Below, piece after piece: positions 1-8,253 of a DNA stretch of 64,000 bases. This DNA comes from an uncultured Planctomycetaceae bacterium (lineage in GTDB: Bacteria > Planctomycetota > Planctomycetia > Pirellulales > UBA1268). The position numbers were made by a program, and so were the translations under genes. The notes beneath the pieces are model-generated. The model did not search any database, had not been told where the DNA came from, and saw only the letters and a list, made by a program, of their open reading frames with translations. Position 1 is the first letter of the stretch; each line of letters starts with the position of its first letter. Location of the stretch: assembly GCA_903885565.1 (NCBI GenBank), contig CAISJI010000159.1, positions 10,514 to 74,513 of the forward strand. Reading direction: 5' to 3'.

Positions 1-3000
1 GGGGATTGGGCCGACCGCTGGGAACGCCCCGACATTGACGGCGACACGCTCGCCTTCCTCCAATACACCAGCGGTTCCACCGGGACGCCCAAGGGGGTGA
101 TGCTCTCACACACCAACCTGCTGCACAATTCCCTGCGGATCATGCAGGCCTTTGAGATCACCCGCTCGCAGACGGGTGTGTTCTGGCTGCCGAGCTTCCA
201 CGACATGGGGCTCATCGGCGGGATCCTGGTGCCGCTGTATGGGGCCCGGTTCAACGTGCTGATGTCGCCGGTGGCCTTCCTGCAGAAGCCGCTGCGCTGG
301 CTGCAGGCGATCTCCAAGTACCGCGCCACGATCAGCGGTGGTCCCAACTTCGCCTATGAACTCTGCGTGCGCAAAATCACGCCGGAGCAGCGCCGGGGGC
401 TCGATCTCTCCAGCTGGACGCTCGCCTTCAATGGCGCCGAGCCGGTGCGCCCAGAAACGATCGACGCCTTCTGCGAGGCCTTCGAACCCTGCGGCTTCCG
501 TCGCGAGGCCTTCTTCCCCTGCTACGGCCTCGCCGAGAGCACGCTCATGGTCACCGGCGGCATGAAATTCGAGGCGCCTGTGGTGCGGGCCTTCGATGCA
601 GCCGCCGTGGAAACCGGCGCTGCCGTTCCGCGCAACGGCTCCACTCCCGGCACGCGGCGGCTCGTCGGCAGCGGTCGCGAACTCGATGGGCAGGACGTGC
701 GGATTGTCGATCCGCAGTCGTGCGAGGCCCTCCCGCCGGGGATGATCGGCGAGATCTGGGTGAGCGGTCCGAGCGTCGCCCAAGGCTACTGGAACCGGCC
801 CACCGAGACGGCCGCCACGTTTGGCGCGATGCTCTCCAGGCCCGATGCCGGCTCGGCCACGCAGTCGCTGAAAACCTGGCAGCCCAATCCCGGGCCCTAC
901 CTGCGCACCGGGGATCTCGGCTTCTTCGACAATGGCGAACTCTTCGTGACCGGGCGGCTCAAGGATCTGATCATCGTCCGCGGACGCAACCACTATCCGC
1001 AGGATCTGGAGCACTCGGTCGAATCGGCCAGCCCCACGGTCCGGGCTGGCTCTGTGGCGGCTTTCTCCGTCGACGTGGATGGCCGCGAGCGGGTGGTGGT
1101 GGTGGCGGAGGTGGAGCGCGGCAAGCGGGAAGCGGATGAGGTCGCCGCCTCGTTTGACCAGATCCGTCGGCAACTGGCGATCGAGCATGAGATTGCTCTT
1201 GAGGCGATCGTGCTGGTGCGGCCCAACAGCATCCCCAAAACATCCAGTGGCAAGATTCAGCGCCACGCCTGCAAGCGAAAATTCCTCGACAGCACGCTGG
1301 AGGTGGTGGAACAGCAGATCGGCTGGTTGGCCCCCGCCGCCACCACGGCCCCCGCTGCTGCCAGCCCTGCCGGCACCCCCTCCCGACCGAGCGATGCCAC
1401 GCCGCGACTGGCCCGCCTGCGCCCCGTGGGGGAAACCAGCCGTGGCCTGCGTCCCGATCGCGATCTGCCCCCTGAGATCGTGGAGACGGTCTTCGAGCAT
1501 GTGCGGCGGATCGCCAAGGAGCGGGCCGGCAATCTGACGCTTGATTCCAATATCGTGGAACTCGGCCTCGATTCGCTGGAGCGGATGGAGATCGTGGCGA
1601 ATCTCGAGGAGGCCTTCGGCGGCCGGTTTCCCGAGCAGGTGCTGCCGCAGATCGAAACCTGCCGCGAGGTGACCGAGGCAATCCTCGACCACATGCCGAA
1701 TCAGGCCCGCAGCCAGCCGGGTGCGTCCACGCCACCCGCCGCCGCGACCAGCGGCGAACCGTCGCGGGAAACCTGGGACATCAGCCAGTTTCCCGAGGTG
1801 CGAGCGCTGGAACAGAATTTCGCGATGGTGCGGGACGCCGGGCTCGAAGACCCCTACTTCGGCATCCACGAGGGCCTCACCAACGACCGCACGCAGATCG
1901 GCGGGCGGGAGATGATCAGCTGGGCCACCTACAACTACCTCGGTATGTCAGGGGAGCCGGAGGTAACGGCCGCCGCCAAGGCGGCGCTTGATCGCTACGG
2001 CTCCAGCGTGTCGGCCAGTCGGCTGGTTTCGGGAGAGAAGGTTATCCACCGTGAACTGGAGCAGGCGATCTCCCGCTTTGTCGGCACCGAAGACTGCATC
2101 ACGTTCGTGGGCGGCCATGCCACCAATGAAACCGTGATCGGGCATGTGGTCGGCCCGGGAGACCTCGTGCTGCACGATGCCCTGGCCCACAACAGCCTCC
2201 TGCAGGGCGCGGTGCTCTCCGGAGCCCGGCGCCGCCCCTTCCCCCACAACGACTTCGAGGCAGCCGAGGAGCTGCTCCGGCAGGTGCGCGGCCAATACAG
2301 GCGCGTGTTGATCGTGGTGGAGGGCATCTACAGCATGGACGGCGACCACTCCGATCTGCCCCGCTTCGTCGCCCTGGCCAAGCGGCACAAGGCGCTGCTG
2401 ATGGTCGATGAGGCCCACTCGATCGGCGTGATGGGGCCGCGGGGCCGAGGGATTGGCGAGCATTACGGCGTGGCGCCGACTGATGTCGATCTCTGGATGG
2501 GAACCCTTTCCAAGGCACTCGGCAGCTGCGGCGGCTACATCGCCGGCTCTCGGACGCTCGTCCGCTGGCTCAAGTACACCGTGCCGGGCTTTGTCTACAG
2601 CGTGGGGCTGCCGCCGGCTGCGGCGGGAGCAGCTCTCGGAGCCCTGCGGATGCTGGAACGCCAGCCGGAGCGGGTCGCCAAGCTGCTCTCCAATGCGAAG
2701 CTCTTTCTGCAATTGGCCAACGAATCGGGGTTTGACACCGGCTCGTCGGGGGGCTCGGCGATCGTGCCGGTGATCCTCGGCAACTCCCTCAACAGCCTGC
2801 GGCTCTCACGGGCGATGTTTGCCCGCGGCATCAGCGTGCAGCCGATCCTCTACCCTGCGGTGGAGGAGCGGGCCACCCGCCTGCGGTTCTTCATCACCTC
2901 GCGTCACACCCCCGATCAGATCCGCCGCACGATCTCGATCATGCGGGAGGAGCTGTCGCGGATCGATCCCGCCTTTGCCCGCAAGACGCTGCCGCTGCGG

Positions 3001-3024
3001 CCTGCCGCGGCCTCGGGGTGGTGA
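1..3024 (+). CDS. Tridomain fusion of fatty acyl-AMP ligase (FAAL), acyl carrier protein and alpha-oxoamine synthase (AONS/KBL/SPT-family PLP enzyme); the 5' end lies outside the window
   Basis: Frame 1 is open from nt 1. Translation gives LQYTSGSTGTPKGVMLSH (adenylation P-loop), then WLPSFHDMGLIGG, YLRTGDLGF and SSGKIQR. ELGLDSLERMEIV (nt ~1561-1596) is a phosphopantetheine DSL site. The C-terminal ~400 aa carry AONS-type motifs HDALAHNS, MVDEAHS and the PLP-lysine motif GTLSKALG (Lys codon 2512-2514). Stop TGA 3022-3024. Confidence 0.85.
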   Translation, partial: GDWADRWERPDIDGDTLAFLQYTSGSTGTPKGVMLSHTNLLHNSLRIMQAFEITRSQTGVFWLPSFHDMGLIGGILVPLYGARFNVLMSPVAFLQKPLRWLQAISKYRATISGGPNFAYELCVRKITPEQRRGLDLSSWTLAFNGAEPVRPETIDAFCEAFEPCGFRREAFFPCYGLAESTLMVTGGMKFEAPVVRAFDAAAVETGAAVPRNGSTPGTRRLVGSGRELDGQDVRIVDPQSCEALPPGMIGEIWVSGPSVAQGYWNRPTETAATFGAMLSRPDAGSATQSLKTWQPNPGPYLRTGDLGFFDNGELFVTGRLKDLIIVRGRNHYPQDLEHSVESASPTVRAGSVAAFSVDVDGRERVVVVAEVERGKREADEVAASFDQIRRQLAIEHEIALEAIVLVRPNSIPKTSSGKIQRHACKRKFLDSTLEVVEQQIGWLAPAATTAPAAASPAGTPSRPSDATPRLARLRPVGETSRGLRPDRDLPPEIVETVFEHVRRIAKERAGNLTLDSNIVELGLDSLERMEIVANLEEAFGGRFPEQVLPQIETCREVTEAILDHMPNQARSQPGASTPPAAATSGEPSRETWDISQFPEVRALEQNFAMVRDAGLEDPYFGIHEGLTNDRTQIGGREMISWATYNYLGMSGEPEVTAAAKAALDRYGSSVSASRLVSGEKVIHRELEQAISRFVGTEDCITFVGGHATNETVIGHVVGPGDLVLHDALAHNSLLQGAVLSGARRRPFPHNDFEAAEELLRQVRGQYRRVLIVVEGIYSMDGDHSDLPRFVALAKRHKALLMVDEAHSIGVMGPRGRGIGEHYGVAPTDVDLWMGTLSKALGSCGGYIAGSRTLVRWLKYTVPGFVYSVGLPPAAAGAALGALRMLERQPERVAKLLSNAKLFLQLANESGFDTGSSGGSAIVPVILGNSLNSLRLSRAMFARGISVQPILYPAVEERATRLRFFITSRHTPDQIRRTISIMREELSRIDPAFARKTLPLRPAAASGW

Positions 3025-3033
3025 GGCGACGGG

Positions 3034-3049
3034 AGTCTGCTAGCAGACT
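3034..3049. promoter_or_regulatory. Perfect 16-bp palindrome AGTCTGCTAGCAGACT, 9 nt after the fusion-gene stop (operator-like site or short hairpin)
   Basis: Read directly: the 16-mer equals its own reverse complement. A second inverted repeat, gcatcgc-cggat-gcgatgc (7-bp stem, 5-nt loop), lies at 3064-3082. Function is not established. Confidence 0.3.
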
Positions 3050-3176
3050 GTGGATAAAGTGCCGCATCGCCGGATGCGATGCCCGTCGCCCCAGGGGAAC
3101 CCTCGGCGTTTCCTCCGGTCGAAGCCGTCGAAAAAGGCGATGGATGGCTTTTTCCACGGACAGCTAGAATGCCGGC

Positions 3177-3662
3177 ATGCCAGCCCCATTTGAAACGCTC
3201 AGCCACCGGCTCGTGCTGCCGGCCGATGCCAACCACCACGGCACGCTCTATGCCGGCAGTTTGCTGCGGTATTGCCTCGAGGCGGCCTATGCCGCCGGCT
3301 GCCGGGGCGTGGGCCCACAGGCCAACCTGATGCTCAGACGCGTGCTGGGGCTGGAGTGCCGCCGCAGCGTGCCAGTGGGAACGCTGGTGGAGATGCGGGG
3401 GGCGGTGCTGCAGGTGCGGCAGTGCTACCTGACGGTGGGCGTGGTGGGGATGCCCCTGCCCGGCCACACGCTCCCCTGGATGGACGGCCTGCTCGGCTTC
3501 GTGCAGGTCGACGCCGAGGGGCTGCCGGCTTGCTTGCCGGAGGAGATCCAGATTCTGCCGGCCACACCGCTGTGGCAACCGCTTGCGGCCCGGCTGGAGA
3601 AGCTCTCGCAGACCAAGGGAGCCACCGCCGACTGGATCGACGCCGGCTTCGACCGCGACTGA
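3177..3662 (+). CDS. Hotdog-fold acyl-CoA/acyl-ACP thioesterase-like protein
   Basis: 161-aa ORF with ATG 3177 and TGA 3660-3662. The N-terminal LVLPADANHHGTLYAGSLL resembles the YciA/4HBT-type thioesterase motif. Coding-like GC3. Family call is from motif memory only. Confidence 0.55.
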   Translation: MPAPFETLSHRLVLPADANHHGTLYAGSLLRYCLEAAYAAGCRGVGPQANLMLRRVLGLECRRSVPVGTLVEMRGAVLQVRQCYLTVGVVGMPLPGHTLPWMDGLLGFVQVDAEGLPACLPEEIQILPATPLWQPLAARLEKLSQTKGATADWIDAGFDRD

Positions 3663-3801
3663 GCCGCTGCCCGGCTCACAAGGGGCCACTGCCCGCCTGC
3701 AGAAACGGGCTCGCCGTTGGTATCGCTCCCCAGCGAATACCAACGGCGATTTCCCCGTGATCTCGAAGCGGCCGTGGGCGATAAGGGCCCACGACTGCGG
3801 C

Positions 3802-5691
3802 TTAATATTTGACTTCGATGCCGAAGTCGAGGCCGTTGGAGAGGACGTAGTTCTGTACCGAGGTCGGAGCGGCACCGATCCGGCTGTAGCGGACAGGCAC
3901 TTCCTGCACGGTGGTGCGTGTGTTGTCGACCGGGGCCGAGGGATCGTTGGCACCAACGATGATCGGTTGGCCGTTGGAATCAAGCACCGGAGCACCGGAA
4001 CCGTTGGTCAGCACGACCCCCGGATTGTAGGCAGGATTCGCCACGCTCTGCCGGACCAGATCGACCTTCGAGAGAAAGGCTGTATTGGTGCTGGCCCGGG
4101 CGATCTGCCCCATCCACATGCCGGTGTAACCGGCGTGCAGCATGATCCCCTGACTGACGCGAAACTGCGTGCCGAGCCGCCATTCGCCGATCGGGGTGAA
4201 TGTGAAGTTGTGCTCTGCGGAATTGGTGGCGTTGCGCGAGCCCACACCGTAGATCTGGATCAGCAGTGGATCCCCCTGGATGTTGGCCGTCTGCTGGCCA
4301 CCGGTCAGACCGCTCGACTGGGTGACGACATTCGCCGTGGTGAACGTCGTGCGGAAGTAGTCAGCGGCGAGCGAATCGGGGAAGTTGCTGCCACGGTAGA
4401 TGTTGTTCTGCCAGTTGAGACCCGCAGTGAACTTGAGATCTGAGGAAACCGTCCACCGCCCCTTGGTGCTCGACATGTTGATCGAAAATTCCGGTCCCAC
4501 CATGTTGTTGCTGGTATAGGTTTCCCAGGCTCCGTTTTGCAGCGGACTCCCCAGGCCCCGCGCCGAAGCATCGGCCTGAGCCTGAAGGCGGGCTAGAGAA
4601 TCGGCATCTGACAGGAGCGAACCGCTGCCGAAGCCGCCACCGGTGCCGCCAGTGGTGCCGCCGCCGATGCCGCCAGTCGTGCCGCCGGCTGTGCCACCGG
4701 TCGTACCGCCAGTTCCACCGGTCGTACCGCCGGTTGTGCCTCCTGTCGTACCGCCTGTAGTGCCGCCGGTAGTACCGCCAGTTGTGCCACCGGTTGTGCC
4801 GCCGGTCGTGCCGCCACCGCCACCACCCGTCGTGCCACCCTGGGGAAAGGCGTACTCACGGCTGTTATAGCCGAGGTTATAGCGATCCTCCAGCTGCACG
4901 AAGCGGGGTCCCAGCCCGAATTTGACGTTGGAGTTGGAGCCGGCATGCCGCAGCTGGCGCTGGATGAGAGCCGCCACGCCACCGCTCTGGATCCGCGTCG
5001 AATTCGTCTGCGTGAACCTCTGGCTGATCATGTGATCGGGAGGGGGGCTGGTTGTCGTGATCGTGGATGTTGTCTGGGGCAGCGAAAAGAGATTGGAGTT
5101 GCCGGTGGTGCCGCCGGAGGTGGAACCGCCGGAACCTGCCTCCCCCTGAGTGAACGTCTGGGCTGGCGTGTTGATGGCAAATTCGCTCGTCGTCTGAAAG
5201 CTCTGCGACTGCGGGCCGCTGTCGAGGTAGGAAAACATCACGCCGTTGTTGTCGTAGATCCAGCCGCCCTCAAATCGATTTCCCCACGACATTCGCGTTC
5301 GCATCCAGCTGGTGTCGAGCGAGAGGTTGAGCTGGTCGCTGCCGTAGATGATCACGCCGGAACTGGCCCCGCTGGCGTTGTTGAGCTGCTGGGCCACATC
5401 CGGATTGAGCGGCTCGACCGGGAAGAACTGCCTGTTCCCCACCGCCGTCACACGCGGCACGGTGATGCCCCAAATGAGACGGTCGTAGTTGAAGAACATC
5501 CCCTCGTCGGCCTCCGGCCAGATCTCATATTCCTGCAGATCGGGGGGGGCGAACAGCTGGAAATCGTACATATCTTGATCGGGCAGCAGCGGCATCCAGT
5601 CGCCGGCCTGAACCGGCAAAACCGGGGCCAGAAGCGCCGCCAGCGTGCTGATGATTCCCGAAACGCGTTTGACACCGGAGTGTGTAGCCAT
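3802..5691 (-). CDS. Secreted outer-membrane beta-barrel-like protein with an internal (GGTT)n tract (possibly a BBP7/DUF1551-type planctomycetal barrel)
   Basis: Start moved to ATG 5691 (cat at 5689-5691), giving MATHSGVKRVSGIISTLAALLAPVLPVQAGDW, a signal-peptide-like N-terminus. The 148 upstream residues of the track ORF are Arg/Pro/Ser junk. The body has alternating beta-strand-like segments rich in Y/N/G/T/S. The C-terminus ends GLDFGIEVKY, and a terminal aromatic is typical of OM barrels. Confidence 0.6.
   Translation of the reverse strand: MATHSGVKRVSGIISTLAALLAPVLPVQAGDWMPLLPDQDMYDFQLFAPPDLQEYEIWPEADEGMFFNYDRLIWGITVPRVTAVGNRQFFPVEPLNPDVAQQLNNASGASSGVIIYGSDQLNLSLDTSWMRTRMSWGNRFEGGWIYDNNGVMFSYLDSGPQSQSFQTTSEFAINTPAQTFTQGEAGSGGSTSGGTTGNSNLFSLPQTTSTITTTSPPPDHMISQRFTQTNSTRIQSGGVAALIQRQLRHAGSNSNVKFGLGPRFVQLEDRYNLGYNSREYAFPQGGTTGGGGGGTTGGTTGGTTGGTTGGTTGGTTGGTTGGTTGGTGGTTGGTAGGTTGGIGGGTTGGTGGGFGSGSLLSDADSLARLQAQADASARGLGSPLQNGAWETYTSNNMVGPEFSINMSSTKGRWTVSSDLKFTAGLNWQNNIYRGSNFPDSLAADYFRTTFTTANVVTQSSGLTGGQQTANIQGDPLLIQIYGVGSRNATNSAEHNFTFTPIGEWRLGTQFRVSQGIMLHAGYTGMWMGQIARASTNTAFLSKVDLVRQSVANPAYNPGVVLTNGSGAPVLDSNGQPIIVGANDPSAPVDNTRTTVQEVPVRYSRIGAAPTSVQNYVLSNGLDFGIEVKY
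4625..4842 (-). repeat. About 18 imperfect tandem 12-nt units (plus strand gccgccggttgt-like) encoding (Gly-Gly-Thr-Thr)n inside the barrel gene
   Basis: Read directly at 4621-4850. The protein reads GGTTGGGGGGTTGGTTGGTTGGTTGGTTGGTTGGTTGGTTGGTGGTTGGTAGGTTGGIGGGTTGGTGGGFGSGS. Units differ mostly at synonymous positions. Confidence 0.85.
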
Positions 5692-5950
5692 CGCTATGTG
5701 TCCTGGGGAGCAGGAGCCGTCTGTTCCGCCGATGCGGATTGCTCCTGAGGTATCGGTCATGCCGGTCGATGGAGTTGACGAATCTTGGTTGACTCTTCCG
5801 AACAGGCGGATGATTCGGCATGCACCGGCAGAAAACGGCGAAAAAGTGGCAGTTTCGGCAGCTTCGGGTATTCTGCAGAGAGCCTGCCGGGAATCGGTCG
5901 CCCGCTCGGGGGCGGCAGAATCCAAGCCGCGGCAGCCGGGAGAGGTGAAG

Positions 5951-6916
5951 ATGGGAAATGTGCCCTGTTCAGGCCGTCTGGCCAGCCGCGTCGTCGGTTT
6001 CACGTTGCTTCTGGGCCTGAGCTGGGGAGCCGTGCTCCCGGCTGGCGGGCCTGTCTGCCGGGCCGAAGAGCCCCGGCCGGTCGCCCCAAAGGGGGCCGAT
6101 CCGGTCGCCTTCTTGCGGGTTTCCCGCGACGCCAACGGGGAACCAGAGGCTCTGGAGACCTCGGTCGTGCGCTATTGTGAAACGGCCGAGGCCGCAGCGG
6201 CCGCCGGGCGCCGCACCCCGCTGGAAGTTGATCTCGTGGGAGCGGTGCATGTCGGGAGCAAATCCTATTACGACACGCTCGACCACCTCTTTCGCGACTA
6301 CGACAGCGTGCTTTATGAACTCGTCGCCCCCGACAACGCCCGGGTGCCGAAGCCGGGCCGCAAGGCCAGCGGGGCGATCGGCTCCGCCCAACAGGGAATG
6401 ACGCAGATGCTCGGCCTGGAGCACCAACTCGAGCAGATCGACTACACGGCGCGGAATTTCGTCCATGCCGATATGTCGCCCAAGGAATTCGATGCCGCCA
6501 TGGCCAAGCGGGGCGAATCGTGGTGGAGCATGTTCACGAAGCTGATGCGGGAAAATATGGCCCGCGCCGAACGCGGCCAGGGGCAGGCCGGGGAGGTTGG
6601 CTTCAGCGATCTGTTTGGGATTTTCTTCGGGCAGGACCGGCCGGTGCGGCTGCGGCGGATCATGGCGGAGCAGTTCACCGACATGGAGATCCTCACGGCC
6701 GCCTTTGGCGGCGAGGAGGGCTCATCGCTGATCACCGATCGCAACGGCGCGGCGGCCGAAGTGCTGGCAGACCAGATCAAGGCGGGCCGGCGCAAAGTCG
6801 CCATCTTTTACGGGGCGGCCCACATGGACGATTTCGATCGCCGGCTGCGCGCGGATTTCCAGCTGGAGCCGGTGGAAACGACCTGGGTCGAGGCCTGGGA
6901 CCTGCGGATGCGGTAA
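5951..6916 (+). CDS. TraB/GumN family protein with an N-terminal signal peptide
   Basis: ATG at 5951 gives MGNVPCSGRLASRVVGFTLLLGLSWGAVLPAGG. VDLVGAVHVGSKSYYDTLDHLFRDYDSVLYELV and ITDRNGAAAEVLADQIKAGRRKVAIFYGAAHM match the two conserved TraB/GumN blocks as I recall them. TAA 6914-6916. Confidence 0.65.
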   Translation: MGNVPCSGRLASRVVGFTLLLGLSWGAVLPAGGPVCRAEEPRPVAPKGADPVAFLRVSRDANGEPEALETSVVRYCETAEAAAAAGRRTPLEVDLVGAVHVGSKSYYDTLDHLFRDYDSVLYELVAPDNARVPKPGRKASGAIGSAQQGMTQMLGLEHQLEQIDYTARNFVHADMSPKEFDAAMAKRGESWWSMFTKLMRENMARAERGQGQAGEVGFSDLFGIFFGQDRPVRLRRIMAEQFTDMEILTAAFGGEEGSSLITDRNGAAAEVLADQIKAGRRKVAIFYGAAHMDDFDRRLRADFQLEPVETTWVEAWDLRMR

Positions 6917-7196
6917 TCCTGCAGGCAGGAGCAGGACGTATGAGCCTTGGTTAGGGCGCGGAACACTCGCCGGCCTTCCTGATCGATGTTCGGGGAGGGG
7001 CTGCCCGTGCCCCAGGAGCCGACTTTCGAGTGAGCGGAAGGCCAGGAAGGCCGCCGCGAACGACAGGCGTCGGGCATGGGCAGTCCCGGACCTAGAGTGA
7101 CATGCAAGCTCCGTGGCGCATCGGCTGCGGGACGGCAAAAGTCTCGTCGCATGCGCTCCTCGAGCGTTCGCCGACCCCTCCGCCTCCGTCACTCGA

Positions 7197-7220
7197 CAGC
7201 TACCGTAGAGCTCGTAGCTG
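7197..7220 (-). terminator. Stem-loop (7-bp stem cagctac/gtagctg, 10-nt loop) 4 nt downstream of the isomerase-gene stop; possible terminator
   Basis: The inverted repeat was read directly. No U-tract follows on the minus strand, so it is not a canonical intrinsic terminator. Confidence 0.25.
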
Positions 7221-7224
7221 CGAC

Positions 7225-8085
7225 CTACTGCAGAAGGCTGCCCACGGCCAGTTCGGCTGGCTCTGGGGCGGGCATCCGCAGCCGGCGGGTCCAAGCGTCG
7301 GCCGTCAGGCGGGCCTGACGCAAAACGTGGTCGTAGCCGAGCGATTCGACCGTTTCTCCGACCGCTTCAAATTCAAAATCGCCCGCATAACCCCGCGCCA
7401 CCAAGCCGCAGATAAGGGCATCCAGCGGCAGATTTCCCTGCCCGGGCGGCAGCCGCTCGCGATCGTTTGAGGGGAGGCCCAGGGAATCGGCCACCTGCAC
7501 CACCGCCAGCAGCGGAATCCGGCCGGTGAGGAGAGAGAGGAGCCGCGGATCGTGGCCAAAGTGCCATAGATCAAGGGCGATTCGCAGCGCGGGATGGTCA
7601 AACTGCTCCACCCATTCAAGCGCCCCCGGCAGGCAGGTCATAAATCCACAGCCGCCGGCCGCGGCCGGATGCATCGGCTTGAAAGCCAGCGTTATGCCCC
7701 GGCCCAGCGCCACCGGAGCGAGCACATCACAGGCATCGGTGAGCAACCGGCGGGCGTGCTTGAGCGTGTGCCCACCGCGGCAGCCGCTATGGAGCGTCAG
7801 AATGTTGGCGCCCAACTCGGCTGCGGTGTCGATCGCCTCCAGGGCGTCGTCCAGGCTCTCGCGGAAGGTTCGGCCGTCGCCACCGGTAAATCCCCCCGCC
7901 CACTGCAGGCTCGAGACCCGCATGCCAGCCCGTTCGAGGGTCTCCCTGGCTTCATCAATACTGAGGTCGGAAAGCTTGGTCCGCCAGATCGACATCGACC
8001 GAAACCCGTGACGGGCAAGGCCCTCGACCTCTGTGGCCAGATCCCAGCGAAGGGTTGTCAGTTCACTGATGGAGGTGTGCAGCAT
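7225..8085 (-). CDS. Sugar phosphate isomerase/epimerase (xylose isomerase-like TIM barrel)
   Basis: The residue pattern LARHGFRSMSIW ... AAELGANILTLHSG ... ITLAFKPMH ... RIALDLWHFGHDP is typical of AP-endonuclease-2/xylose-isomerase-like TIM barrels. ATG 8085 was chosen; a TTG at 8109 is possible. TAG 7225-7227. Confidence 0.75.
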   Translation of the reverse strand: MLHTSISELTTLRWDLATEVEGLARHGFRSMSIWRTKLSDLSIDEARETLERAGMRVSSLQWAGGFTGGDGRTFRESLDDALEAIDTAAELGANILTLHSGCRGGHTLKHARRLLTDACDVLAPVALGRGITLAFKPMHPAAAGGCGFMTCLPGALEWVEQFDHPALRIALDLWHFGHDPRLLSLLTGRIPLLAVVQVADSLGLPSNDRERLPPGQGNLPLDALICGLVARGYAGDFEFEAVGETVESLGYDHVLRQARLTADAWTRRLRMPAPEPAELAVGSLLQ

Positions 8086-8253
8086 AGTGACAGCGTTTTC
8101 TCCTACCAACCGTGTGTCGCACCATGGCCCGCGACGAAGAGCCCGCCTCGAAGGTGCGAAGTATGGGACGCCGGCGCGCAGCCTGTCTAGTGAAGAACGG
8201 GAAGCCCGGTATTGCAGCCTGCTGGCTGGCTACGGCAGAGAATTGGCAGAGTG

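Noticed and set aside
106-1869. Long antisense or alternate-frame ORFs throughout the window. Examples: 106-1869 (-), 8212-9861 (+), 13354-15114 (+), 13764-15575 (+), 19339-20754 (+), 34710-35783 (-), 43227-45092 (+), 53946-56420 (+), 60331-61377 (+).
   Set aside because: Each lies opposite or out of frame with an ORF carrying clear family motifs. Their translations are Arg/Pro/Gly/Ala-rich with no motifs. This is the expected shadow-ORF artefact of GC-rich DNA, where stop codons are scarce.
1900-3024. The AONS-like domain as the biotin gene bioF (bioB is present at 16124).
   Set aside because: The domain is covalently fused to FAAL and ACP domains and lies 13 kb from bioB, with no bioA/bioD nearby. 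This architecture points to lipid or amino-ketone synthesis rather than pimeloyl-CoA condensation. Only phylogeny could exclude BioF activity.
2916-3995. 359-aa minus-strand ORF spanning the thioesterase region.
   Set aside because: It has no motifs and is Arg/Pro/Ser-rich. It overlaps the 3' end of the fusion gene and the whole thioesterase ORF, which has a hotdog-type motif and a better start context.
4643-4870. Plus-strand ORF encoding (PPVV)n (MPPVVPPPMPPVVPPAVPPVV...).
   Set aside because: It is the mirror image of the (GGTT)n tract of the minus-strand barrel gene. It has no independent start context and no flanking coding sequence.
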